A DNA stretch of 63,961 nucleotides, the filler included, from Thraustochytrium aureum (taxonomy: Eukaryota), in assembly GCA_012862495.1 (NCBI GenBank). It is 7 parts of 4 records of this genome, joined end to end, with 100 filler letters (N's around TTAATTAATTAA, not from the genome) between each part and the next. Parts side by side here need not be neighbours in the genome. Positions count along the whole stretch, not along the records: positions 1 to 28,397 come from BLSG01000058.1; 6 more parts are not named here. One strand, 5' to 3'. Shown piece after piece: positions 1 through 11,054 of the stretch. The stretch's first letter is position 1. Every line of letters begins with the position of its first letter. The notes beneath the pieces were generated by a model. That model had not been told where the DNA came from. It saw nothing but the letters and a program-made list of their open reading frames with translations, and ran no database searches. The translations under genes and the position numbers were made by a program.

Positions 1-14
1 GGCAGCCCTTCTCG

Positions 15-90
15 CCGCTGCAAAACACTCGCTGCAAAGCAGACGCTGCCAAACAACACTCGCTCCAAAGCAGACGCTGCAAAACACCAG
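15..90. repeat. Imperfect tandem repeat built from CGCTGCAAAACACT / CGCTGCAAAGCAGA units
   Basis: Two roughly 31-33 bp copies plus partial units, seen directly; probably intronic. Confidence 0.55.
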
Positions 91-104
91 CGACGTCCAC
101 CTAC

Positions 105-891
105 TCACCATGGATCGAGCTCGCTGAGCAGCTCAAAGTCTGCCAGCGACCCGCTTGACCGCGGACCAAAGTCAAGGCACGCCGAGCGGTCCTCGAAGAG
201 CGCCTTGTGAAACTTGGCCGAGTTGCGCGCCAGCGAGCCCAAGATGGCGTCTGTGCAGATCCAATCCCGCTGCGCATGGTCGGGCCGCCCCCCTAACAAG
301 TCGCCGACGCGCCCGAACTGGGACAGCGCGAGGTTGGCGAACGCGCCAACCAGCTTTGAGAGCGAGTATGGCTGCCCAATCATCTCCTCCAGGTCCTCGA
401 GCAGCGCGGCTCGCTCCTCTTGCGAGAGGCGAGGCCTCAGCACTAGCGGCCTCCTCGAGCTCCGCAGCACAGTCGCCGTCGAGAGCGTGCGAACCACCGG
501 CGGGCTTATGTGGACTACGCGGTGCGCGTCCAGCACAACAACCTGCCACACCGACCAACGTCAGCTGCCCCGCCGAACCGACCAAAGAGCTCTAGGAACA
601 TACCGCATGGTCATAGCGCTGCCCAGCCGCCTTGCGCGCCAGCGCGTAGACTGGCCCTGCCGTGGACAGCAAGATGATGTCCCCAGGTTCAGGGTCGCCG
701 AGGACCCTCTCCTTGCGCGCCGTGCACTGCCGCCACACGTCGTCCCTGGTTGCGTTCGCCACGGCATTCCTTGGCGCGCCCACTGGCGTCCTCCACGCGG
801 CCTCCGCGGAGGGCTCAAGCGATAGGCTCGCCGGCGCGAGCAACCTCGTCACGCTCTGCAGCACGGTCGCGACGAGATCCCAGTTGTCCAT
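105..891 (-). CDS. Permuted papain-like (YiiX/YebB/LRAT-type NlpC/P60) peptidase/amidase, spliced; 3' end probably continues past the window's left edge
   Basis: Exon 1 (891-604) ends PEPGDIILLST...RYDHA. GT-AG intron 603-543. Exon 2 reads VVVLDAHRVVHISPP...IGQPYS...WICTDAIL, giving the His-before-Cys order of permuted NlpC/P60 enzymes. A GTGAGT donor at 108 suggests a further intron. Confidence 0.65.
543..603 (-). other. Spliceosomal intron (61 nt)
   Basis: GTATGT...GCTGAC...GGCAG; removal joins YDHA|VVVLD in frame. Confidence 0.8.
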
Positions 892-1751
892 CCTCGGCGC
901 GCGCGAGCCAGCCTACGCGCCGCAGCCAGCGGAGGGACGCCAGCCCGCCGCAGGCCAGTACGGGCGAGCCTCGCTCTCCTCGCGCGCAAGCCAGACTCCG
1001 CTCGCGCCGCCGCGAGGCACTCTGCGCAGGGCCGGGATTGTGGCGGGCCCAGGTCGGGTTTGCAGCTCACTGACAGGCTTGCGTGCTCGAGTGCCTGAGC
1101 GAGCGCGGGACCCGAGCGCGCCGCGGCACTCCTGAATGCAGATGAAGAAAGAAAGAAAGAAAGAAAGAAAGGCCTTTGGGCGGGGCATGATCGGGTTTGG
1201 AGCCCCGGCGCGCCCCGGCGTTCGCGGAGCTGGGAAAGCGGAGTTTGACGAAGCGGCTGCGCAACCGACCCAAGAGCGACGCGAAGCGCGACCGCAAAGC
1301 GCACTGTCTCCACTGGCAGAGAGATTCTCGCCAGAGAGCATCGCCGGAGTCATGCAGAAGGAGGGCGCTCCGCGCTGCTTGCACGACGAATTCGCGGTCC
1401 ATTGCGGCAACCGCCAACGCAGCGAGCTCAAGGCGCCTCCGAGCCGAACCGGTTTGGGTCAACGAGGCTTGCTACCTACTCCTCAAAGGAAACCGTCGCG
1501 TTGCCTCGGCTACGCCATGGGATCGAGGCTGTCGAGCGGCTATGTTGAAGCATCTTTCGCCCTTTTACAACAGCGTCGTCCTCGGTGAAGGACCCCGTTC
1601 CCCGCATCTCGGGAAAGGACCCGGTTCCGGGCTCCTCGGGAGGCCATGGTCAGCGGACTCTGCTCGCTCGCTTGCATGACTTTGTTCGAGTTGTAAGCTC
1701 GTGTGGTGCTATTGGCTAAGAGTACGTTCGCTTCCGGCGTTCTCCAACTCG

Positions 1752-4700
1752 CTAAATCCCGCTCACATCACGACCGAACGCGGGGCGGGAGCGAGAGTCC
1801 AGGTCCAACGCAGACATCGCAAAGCTGACAGAGTGAGCGCTTTTCGGCGAGGTGGGCGGCATCTCCGCACCGCGCTCTAGCGCGAGCTCTAGCTCGACGT
1901 CTCGAATTACCTTGGTGAAGAGCGCGTCGAGCCGGTTGAACTCGAGGTCTTTCCAGAGCGGAATCAGGCGAGAGCACGGGAGCAGCTTGATCTCTGCAGT
2001 GGAACCGTACGCCGAGCCCTCCGGCTCGGCCGCGATGACCGAGGCCGCTTGCGTCGAGGCAGACGAAGCCCCCACCCCCAGAGCCTGCGTGGCGTGCGAG
2101 TCCGTCGGCGAGGGCTGGTGCACCATGGCCTCCAGCTCGCCCTGCTGCACCTTGTTGTCCTTGTCAACAGCGATGCGCACGCCGGGCGAAATGCCAACCG
2201 AGATCCGNNNNNNNNNNNNNNNNNNNNNNNNNNNNNNNNNNNNNNNNNNNNNNNNNNNNNNNNNNNNNNNNNNNNNNNNNNNNNNNNNNNNNNNNNNNNN
2301 NNNNNNNNNNNNNNNNNNNNNNNNNNNNNNNNNNNNNNNNNNNNNNNNNNNNNNNNNNNNNNNNNNNNNNNNNNNNNNNNNNNNNNNNNNNNNNNNNNNN
2401 NNNNNNNNNNNNNNNNNNNNNNNNNNNNNNNNNNNNNNNNNNNNNNNNNNNNNNNNNNNNNNNNNNNNNNNNNNNNNNNNNNNNNNNNNNNNNNNNNNNN
2501 NNNNNNNNNNNNNNNNNNNNNNNNNNNNNNNNNNNNNNNNNNNNNNNNNNNNNNNNNNNNNNNNNNNNNNNNNNNNNNNNNNNNNNNNNNNNNNNNNNNN
2601 NNNNNNNNNNNNNNNNNNNNNNNNNNNNNNNNNNNNNNNNNNNNNNNNNNNNNNNNNNNNNNNNNNNNNNNNNNNNNNNNNNNNNNNNNNTCACGGCGCA
2701 GAACCTGGCGCTTTTCTCCGCGCGTACAGTAGTTGACCGTGTTGGCGAGGTCGGCCTGGATCTTGGTGAGCAAAGCTTTGCCGATCCGCGAGCCGACGCT
2801 CTTCTTCTCACTCGGCGTGATGCCGTACTCTTGCGGGACGATGACGTCCGCGAGCGCCGAGCTGATCTTAAAGATGACGAGCAGGTGCGGCGGCTGCAGG
2901 TTGAGAAGCTGGGGATTGTGGAGCAGGTCGAACTTGACGCTGTCGTGAATGTCTGGGATCTTGCTCAAGTCGTACTTGTCCTTCTTCTTCTGGAAAAAGT
3001 CCTTCTCCAGCTTGGACCAGCGGTACAGCGACATGAGCAGCGCCGTCCCGGTGTCCTCGGTCAGGATGGACTGCAGGTTGCGGTCGGACTCTACCCGATC
3101 GAGCGAGGCTGCCGCGCTGCCGCCCTCGGTAGTGTCGGCACTCGCGCCCGCCGAAGAGGACGATTCGCCGGAGGGCGAGCCTGTGCGGCGCGGTGTCTCG
3201 GGCTCGAGCAGCTTGCCCGTGTTGGCGACGCCAGCGCGGCCCAAGTTGATTCCGAACCGCGCCCGCTGCGTCTTGACGCACAGGCGGAGCTGCTGCACGA
3301 GGGCGGTAATGTGCGTGTGCAGCTTCTTCATGGCGTCGCGGGGTGCAAAGTGGAGGTGCTCGAGGGCGGCGATCACCGACTTGGCGTCGGTTTGCGCCAC
3401 CTCATTGAGCAAGCCTTGTTCGGTAGGCTCGCGCTCCGCGATCGCGTTGTGAAGTCGCTGCTTGATCGACTCGATGGTGCGCTTGGCGTCGCTAGCGTCG
3501 TCGAGCAGATCGTCGACGTCGTTGCTCTTCCGCACGAGGCTCGCCAGGATCGGGGTGAGGTGGCCTTCGAGCTGCAGCATGCCCTTGGCGAACGCCGCGG
3601 CGGTTACCTGGACCCGGCCCTCGTTGGAGCTGTACACCTTTAGGTCGTGCCTGTAGGTGCTGTGCAGCCGGAGCAGGCCGTCGAAAGGGTAGAGCTTTTT
3701 GCCGGAACGACTGACCCATCAACTCGGCCTGCTGGCGGCCCGAGTAGGTGAGGACACCGCCCCACTTGAGGATGAACTGCGCCTCGACGATGCGGCCGGA
3801 GGCATCTTCCCAGGCGGTCGGCTTGAGCTGGACCTTGCGGTTGATTCCCTTGAACGTGCCGTGCATCTCGAGCACGGACCGCGCCTGCAAGAGCATGTCG
3901 TAAATGTCCCGGTCCTCGCAGTCGCTGTCGTCCAGGTCGGCGCCGCGCCGTGTCTCGGTCGCTTCGATCAGGTCGACCACGATTTTGAGCACGTCCCCGA
4001 GCTCGGCGGCACTCTTCAGCTTGAGCTCTTCGTGGGAAGTCCGGTCCCCGTACTTGTCGAAAAGGGCGAGGACCCGGGCGTGCTGGACAGTGATTTTCAG
4101 CTTTTGCTTGGGTGTGCGGTCTCCATGACGCACCACGGCGATTACGCACCGGAGCTCCTCGTGGGGTACGGCCTGGTCTTTGGCTGCTGCGGCCGCGGCC
4201 GCCTTGGCTGCAGCGCCAGTGAGCGGCAAGGCGGACGAGGCCAGGAGGCGATTGCGCTCGCCCGGGCGGAGGGCGACCTCGACGTCCGAGTCGTTCTCGG
4301 TCTCAGAGTCGTCGTGGCTGCAGGCGTTGACCGGCCAAAACTCTTTCACCGAGGTGAATCCCATGGCACGGCGCAAGAGGTCGCCGAGGATGAGGGCAAA
4401 GTCGTCGTAGTACTTGAGGTTGTTCTTGACAAAGCTCCAGCCGTTGACGTCGCAGACGTACGACATCGAGTCGGAGCGCAGGACGTCAAAGCCGCAAATG
4501 CGCTGGCCAGTGGCCATGATGATGCGGTGCGCGATCTCCTTTTCTGTGCTGGTCAGGAGGATCGGGTATCGGATCTCGTACCCCTTTTCGTTGCGGCTGA
4601 CGACCCCGTCGATGGTTGGCGACTTGCGCGCCTCGCTGTGTGCGTAGTCGGAGGTTACCGTGTAGACCTTGACGTCCGAGCCCTCGGTGCGCAGAAAAGT

Positions 4701-5394
4701 CTCGTAGATGTACGAACCTTTGCGACGGACGTTATTCTCGGAGGGGAAGAACTCGCTGCTGCGGTCCTTGACCTTGCGGAAGAGTCTGCAGCTCCCCCCC
4801 CCGCAGTGCGGGGGTAGTAGATGTAGACGTTGTGGTCGCGCCGTCCACGGGCTTCTCCACGAACGGCTTGTCCATTCGCTTGCCGTTCACCACAATATAG
4901 TCGTCGAATTCCTCCATGTCTTCCTCGCGCCCCATGGGGACTGGAAACCCGGACGGCGAGGTGGTGCTTCGGTTCACGACGACGTGGTCGGGCGTTGGCA
5001 CGCCAAACTTGTCCATGAGCTCGAGCACGTGGCGGCGGTCTTTTAGAAGGTGCTGCGGCTTGAGCTCGTTCACGAGGAACGGCTTGCGTAGCGCAGCGTA
5101 CTCCTCAACCATTTCGAGGGGAAACTCGTCCGAGAAGAACGCGATCAGGCAGTGGCAAAGCGGCCACTCGGCCACCGGCTTTTCCCGCAGGGTCTTGATG
5201 TCAAACATTGTCACCGAGAACCCGTCCGGGTCGAGCCGACCGAGGATCTCGCGCATCGGCTTGGAGTTTGCCTTTTTCGGCATGGCGCAAACCCCGATGA
5301 TGATCTTGTCATTGCTGGTTGGGGGCGGCAACCCCCCGAACGCGTGCCGCGTCAGGTCGTCCATGTCAAACTCGAACTGGCCGTAGTCCGTCAT
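1752..5394 (-). CDS. VIP1: Inositol hexakisphosphate/diphosphoinositol-pentakisphosphate kinase (PPIP5K/VIP1); frameshifted and gapped in the assembly
   Basis: IIIGVCAMPKKANSKPM, KPFVEKPVD, GFDVLRS...YVCDVNGWSFVK (ATP-grasp kinase); RHGDRTPKQKLK and YSSNEGRVQVTAAAFAKG (His-phosphatase-like domain). Frame changes near 4840-4800 and about 3697; N gap 2208-2690. Confidence 0.93.
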
Positions 5395-5410
5395 CTTGCT
5401 TGCGCTCGAC

Positions 5411-5443
5411 CTGCTGCTGCGGCTGCTGCTGCTGCTGCTGCTG
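5411..5443. repeat. (CTG/CAG)n microsatellite in the PPIP5K leader
   Basis: Direct reading; further (CTGT)n at about 5596-5622. Confidence 0.8.
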
Positions 5444-6132
5444 CTCTGCGGCTGGCCCTTCCAGCTCGCCCCCGTTTCCCCGCACAAAGCCCAAGCCGCC
5501 CTTCGCCCCCGCGTTGCCCTTGCGCGGAGCCGTCCGCCTGCGTCTTGCTAGAAGGGCGCCTGGCAGTTGTGCGCGCCGAGAGCAGGCCTGGTCTGCCTGC
5601 CTGTCTGTCTGTCTGTCTGTCTGTTGCTGCGAACACGGCCTCTCTGGAGAGCGCGCCCGCCGCACCGAGCGGTCGCCTGCAGGAGCTGTCGCCTGCAGGG
5701 GGTGCTGCTGGTGCCGGTGCTGGTGCCGGTGCTGGTGCTGCCGCTGTGGCTGCTGCAAGCGTCGACCGGGTCTTGCACCAAGCCTCGTCGAGGCCTCTAG
5801 CTAGAGGAGGGAGAACCAGCACTGTGTAAGGCAGGCTATTGCACTAAGCGACGACGACTGGCGCAAGGCGAGGCCGCCGATCTGTAAAGCGAGACCGGGT
5901 GCAGCGCTCTGACAAGGCGTCGGCGCCGGTCGACCTAAGCAAGTTGCTCGAGGCGAAGAGCGCGTGTTTGTTTTCAACTGAAGAGAATTTTGATTTTGTA
6001 CTAGGTCGTTGCGCTCGGACTGGCGTCTGCCCCTCCCCGCGAGCGGCGCGGCATTGTGCAATGTGCGCCATTCGAGGCTGGGGCTGCCGCTGGCTGCTGA
6101 CGCGCCGCAAACCAGCCACGGATCGAGGGCCG

Positions 6133-6762
6133 CTACGCCTTCTCCTCGCCGCCGTCCGCCTTGACACACGTGTAAATGTAGTGGCACGAGTTGGCGTCCT
6201 TTGACTCGGAGACGGCGTTGGCGCTAACGGTGGGCTTTGCCACGGTCGATACCGACACTTTCCACGGGTACTCTTCAGACTCGAGGTAGCCGAGGCGGTT
6301 GTCCGGCACTCCGTACGAGATGATGAAGAGGACGCCGTTTGGCTTGAGCACGCGCACATTCTCGCTGAGCATTTTTGCAACGTTTCCCGTGGAGCCCTCT
6401 CCGCACAAGATGCTGTCCATCGTGCCCTTGTCGATGATGCAGTCGAAGGTCTCGTCCGGGAAGTCGAGGTGGCAGGCGTTCATGACCTGCCAGGTCAGCG
6501 TGCTCTTGTCTTTGTGGCGCTCTTTCATCTGCTCAATCACCACTTTCGAGATGTCAATGTTGGCGATCGACGTAAACCCGTCCTCGTACATGTCCTCCGT
6601 CATGCGCGAGTTGCCGCTGCCGACCATGAGAATGTGGTCGCTTTCCTTGATGTAGGCTCGGAGCTTGTCTTTGACGCCAGAGTACCGTTGGTACCAGTCA
6701 AAAGGCTCGGGGTCCTTGGTGTAGCGCTCATCCCAGTAGGGCGCTTTGCCGTACTGGGCCAT
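6133..6762 (-). CDS. SAM-dependent methyltransferase, EEF1AKMT4/METTL13 N-terminal-like
   Basis: YWDERY...FDWYQRY, ILMVGSGNS, NIDISKVVI, FDCIIDKGTMDSILCG, RVLKPNG; intact 209-aa ORF. Confidence 0.88.
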   Translation of the reverse strand: MAQYGKAPYWDERYTKDPEPFDWYQRYSGVKDKLRAYIKESDHILMVGSGNSRMTEDMYEDGFTSIANIDISKVVIEQMKERHKDKSTLTWQVMNACHLDFPDETFDCIIDKGTMDSILCGEGSTGNVAKMLSENVRVLKPNGVLFIISYGVPDNRLGYLESEEYPWKVSVSTVAKPTVSANAVSESKDANSCHYIYTCVKADGGEEKA

Positions 6763-7369
6763 CCTGCCTGCCTGCGCACGAGCGTGAAGCCGCGCTGCTC
6801 GCCTCGATCCAGATCGGGCTCTGCAGTTGTTCCTCCACGCGGCTCAACGGCCCCGCTTGCACTCGAGCCCTTCGCAGGGGCGTCGGCTCCACGGCGGCTC
6901 TTGAAGACGCCCGCTCGAGCTACGCCCACAGACCCGCTGGCGCGCTGCGCTGGTTGGCGCTTTGCTGGCGTCCGCCGTGGCCTCTGCGCTGCTCGCGACT
7001 CTGCCTCGTGATGTTGGAGGCAGAGTGACGTCACGCATTAGCTAAGCAACCGCCAACGGCAAGACCATAGTGTGAGTAAGTGAGTTGAGTTGGGCGCTTG
7101 CCGTTCGTGCGCGAGCTCGCCGATGCGCGCTGATGAGGGCGATGATGACCGCTGATAGCACATGCATGCATGTTGGCCTCGGGTCCTCGCCAGGAAGCCC
7201 TGGGCAGAGCGTTATCGACCAATGCTTTGGCGTGCCCATGGATACCGGCGGCGGCAACGTGGTAGGCTGGCCCGCGTTCCCGCGTCAATGGTCGACGCAG
7301 CGCTCAATCAAAAAGAGGTAGGTACGTACAGGGCAGCATGATTCGAGAATAGCACATACTACAGATAGC

Positions 7370-7803
7370 TTAGTTGCCACCGCGCAGGNNNNNNNNNNNN
7401 NNNNNNNNNNNNNNNNNNNNNNNNNNNNNNNNNNNNNNNNNNNNNNNNNNNNNNNNNNNNNNNNNNNNNNNNNNNNNNNNNNNNNNNNNNNNNNNNNNNN
7501 NNNNNNNNNNNNNNNNNNNNNNNNNNNNNNNNNNNNNNNNNNNNNNNNNNNNNNNNNNNNNNNNNNNNNNNNNNNNNNNNNNNNNNNNNNNNNNNNNNNN
7601 NNNNNNNNNNNNNNNNNNNNNNNNNNNNNNNNNNNNNNNNNNNNNNNNNNNNNNNNNNNNNNNNNNNNNNNNNNNNNNNNNNNNNNNNNNNNNNNNNNNN
7701 NNNNNNNNNNNNNNNNNNNNNNNNNNNNNNNNNNNNNNNNNNNNNNNNNNNNNNNNNNNNNNNNNNNNNNNNNNNNNNNNNNCGTCTTGACGAAGATCTG
7801 CAT
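7370..7803 (-). CDS. Polyubiquitin; repeat interior lost in an N gap
   Basis: Starts MQIFVKT at 7803 and ends LRGG-N-stop at 7370. An extra residue after the final GG is typical of polyubiquitin, and the gap fits collapsed tandem units. Confidence 0.88.
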
Positions 7804-7902
7804 GTTGGCTAGTGTTGCTTGGGTCGCTTGCTGCTGCTGGTGTTGCTTGTTCTGCTTGTCGTTTGGGGTCTGCCCGAAGTGGACGCGTGACACAGCCCAG
7901 CG

Positions 7903-8045
7903 TTCGCGACTTTTCCAGCAACCAGCTCGCTCCGCGTCAGGGTCACTCTCTGCTCACTCCCCTGTCTAGTTCGGCAGAACTGGCGAGGCAACCCGCGCTT
8001 CCAGAGGGTTCTCCTCCGGAATCAGTTCAGAATTCAGTTCAGAAG
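7903..8045. promoter_or_regulatory. Putative heat-shock-element-like arrays upstream of polyubiquitin
   Basis: TTCnnGACnnTTC (7903-7915), TTCnnGAGnnTTC (7999-8011) and a duplicated CAGTTCAGAA (8023-8044). Confidence 0.35.
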
Positions 8046-8565
8046 AGGGAATCGCAGAACCGGCCGCTTCGGGAGTTGGTTCGCTGCACCATAGCAGGTG
8101 GGCGATGAGGCCAACCGCCCTGCTGGCTGGATTCTCTCGGGTTGGCACATCGAACGACCGGGACCCGCGCGCGAGTTGTCCCTGCCAGTTGCTCCAGCCT
8201 GCCAGCGTCGGAGAGTTATGCGCTGCCTGCCGGCCGGAGAGAGAGCGGGCGTGGAAAGTGGCGTGTGGGGCGAACGCATGGCCCTCCCGCGTGGCCCGAT
8301 TTCCTATGCATCCGCTCCGCTCTCTCTCTCGGAGGCAAGAAAAGCACACCACAACGCCCCGGCGGGGTGCACCAGGCGCTGCGGCTCCTCGGTTTGTTCG
8401 TTCGTGTGTCTGATCAGAACAGATGCGTCAGTGCAGGACCCACCGGGTGACCGAGGGCCGCACGACCGCATGAGCGATCCATCCCCCTTGCTCCGCGGCT
8501 CGAAGCAAACGCTCTCGAGGCCCGCTCGCAGCAGAGTTGTGCTCAGTCGACAGGTTCCGCGAACG

Positions 8566-8650
8566 GCAAGCGAGCAAGCCGGTGAGCAGGCAAGCGAGCA
8601 AGCGAGCAAGCGAGCAAGCAAGCAAGCGAGCGAGCGCAACGGAGCGCAAC
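8566..8650. repeat. (GCAA/GCGA)n compound microsatellite
   Basis: gcaagcgagcaagcgagcaagcaagc... read directly. Confidence 0.75.
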
Positions 8651-9390
8651 GGAGAAAGAGCTGAGGCAGAGAGGAGGGAGGGGACAGCAGCAGCCAGGGA
8701 AGATAGCAACCCGCTCGCTCCTGCAGCTGGACACTCGCGGTTCTTGCGCGGCACCGCGCCGGTTGCGGCCGCGCGCCCGCGGAAAGGTGCGGCGGGCCCC
8801 ACCCGACCCGGCGCGGGAGATACGGGCGAGGTGCGCGCGGCACTCCCCGCGGAGCTTGCGGCTAGTAGGTTGGCGCGGAATTTGCGGCCCAAAAGCGATT
8901 GCGTGCGGCGGAGGGGAGTGGCGCGTGTCCCCAACGGGCGAGTGTACCACACAAGAACCGGCGCGGTAAAGGCCAACACAAGCATCTGCTGTGCGGAGAG
9001 TGCCTCAACTCTCCAGGCCAGGACCCCGTGCAACCAGCCTACAATAACAGAATACGCGCAGCGGGGAATTGTCCTCCGCTCAGCCTCACCGCGTGTGCGG
9101 AACACGCGCGCACCGCAAACTGCGCCCTTCTGGAAAACACACGCGCACGTAGCGAGCGTCCGTTTTCAATGAGCGAAACTCGCGCACGCCCGTCCGCATG
9201 CATCAACGAGCAGGCAAGCAGAATGTGAAGAAAAAAAGCGATGCGGAGCGCGGGCGTCCAGGCAGTCTGCCGTGGAGTGCATTCGGCGCTCTGGAGGCGG
9301 ACGCCTGGCGAGGCTGAGGGCCGGGCTTGTGCTGGCAAGTTCGTCGCGGGGCGTGGACGCCGATCGATTGGGGGATCGGCGCCGAAGACG

Positions 9391-10696
9391 ATGGAGCTCG
9401 CGGAGGAGCGCGGCGGCAGAGTCACCTGGGAAGGCATGGTGCGGAGGACGGCCGCTCTCAAAGTGCCGCCGCCGGTCAAGACGAACGCGCTCGCGCGGCT
9501 TGAAGGCGAGGCGCGGAAGCGCGCAGAGCAAGACGCAAGGGACACTCGGCCCATCTACTGCACCGCGTTCCCGGCCCTGGTTGACGCGTACCTCGCTTTG
9601 ACCGGGGCGACGCGGACGCGCCAAGAGTTCGTGCGCCACCTACTGCTGGACCGCCCTGTCGTTTTCATGGGCCCCTCCGACACCTGGGTTCTTGAAGACG
9701 GCCGCAGAGGCTGCGGCCCCCTGCCAGACCCCGACCTCCTGACATACGAGGAGATCCAGCTCTCCGCTTTGGTTGGCGTCTCGAGCCCGACCGACTTTTT
9801 CAACTCCGGATCCCGCATGAACGCTGCGCGCCCGGCGCCGCCTGGCTCGTTCGAGCCCCGTGGCATCTACGTGGGCCAGGTGGGCCCGCGCTTCGAGCGG
9901 CCCGGCGAGATGGACTGGCAGCACATCATTGTATCCGCAGAGCAAAACACCACCGCCAATGGGTATGGCGCCGGCGCTGACCCCTGCAAGCGCGAGACCA
10001 AGCTCCTTCGTCTCATGGCGAACTTCTTCGGACTCGAGAGCTTTTCCAACATATGAGCAAGCCCTCGCCCAAGCTGCCGCAGAGCCGGGGTCGTACCACG
10101 CCCTCGCTCGCAAAAACGCGCTCTTCAACGTCGCTGTTTACAAGCGCCGCATCGCTGCGGTAATCGAGCCTTTTCTCGTCGAAGCGAATCAGCGCGCCCT
10201 GGAGCGCGGGGCTGGCTGCACCGCGTTCTGCCACGTGGTAGGCCTGGGGCTCGGGGTCTGGGGGATTCTCGAGGAGCAAGGCCGCTGGTTTCTCCAAGCT
10301 GCCCTCGAGACAGTTGGCGCCACCAGCCTCCCAGGCGTGTCGGATATTGAGTTTGCCTGGTTCCGCCCCAGCGCGACACACGGGTTGCCCAGTCAGGTAC
10401 CGGATAAAGGCGGTCACCTCATCAATGTGTTTTCTCCAAGCGCGACCCGGCGGCAAAGCTGAAGGGCGAGCACAAGGGTAAGCTCTTGGTCGCGCAGTAC
10501 GCCTGGGACGGGAACGCTGCCCCTGGGAACGAGTACTGGACTGGATCTCTGGTCGCCAGTGGCGACCCCGCAGCGGCCTGCTGTTCGCACATAGGTGTAA
10601 GTTGCTTGTACTGGTACTGATTGCGGAGCGCGGGCCTGGCTGACGACGGCAAGGGGGGCTGGCGGTCAACGACGACTCGCAGGAGCTGCACAACCC
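9391..10696 (+). CDS. DUF4804 / MavL-like macrodomain protein (putative ADP-ribosylhydrolase); two frameshifts, one intron, C-terminus in a gap
   Basis: [60 protein letters not shown], and [38 protein letters not shown] after correcting frameshifts at about 10043 and 10432 and removing intron 10597-10682. Confidence 0.7.
10597..10682 (+). other. Spliceosomal intron (86 nt)
   Basis: GTAAGT...GCTGAC...CGCAG; removal restores HIG|ELHNP. Confidence 0.75.
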
Positions 10697-11054
10697 NNNN
10701 NNNNNNNNNNNNNNNNNNNNNNNNNNNNNNNNNNNNNNNNNNNNNNNNNNNNNNNNNNNNNNNNNNNNNNNNNNNNNNNNNNNNNNNNNNNNNNNNNNNN
10801 NNNNNNNNNNNNNNNNNNNNNNNNNNNNNNNNNNNNNNNNNNNNNNNNNNNNNNNNNNNNNNNNNNNNNNNNNNNNNNNNNNNNNNNNNNNNNNNNNNNN
10901 NNNNNNNNNNNNNNNNNNNNNNNTTGAGAAGCCATTCGTTTGACTTCCATCTCTCTAGCTAGCTAGCTCTGCAGAGAGCCTAAAAGCGCGAGGCCAGCGA
11001 GGTCGGCCGTGGCCGCTCTACCAACTGGCGCGATCACCATCTCCAAGACAACGC

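Noticed and set aside
913..1679. Overlapping ORFs between the peptidase and PPIP5K
   Set aside because: Arg/Ala/Pro-rich low-complexity translations crossing an (AAAG)n microsatellite; expected by chance in GC-rich DNA.
3690..4845. Pseudogenisation or programmed frameshifting of PPIP5K, TFB4, PEX12, XRN, AFG1 and others
   Set aside because: Single-base indels occur throughout the window, often in homopolymers, in essential genes with intact motifs and no in-frame nonsense decay. Sequencing error is the simplest explanation; reads or RNA-seq would confirm.
7966..9390. ORFs in the ubiquitin-macrodomain spacer
   Set aside because: No motifs, and the frames pass through microsatellites; treated as promoter or UTR.
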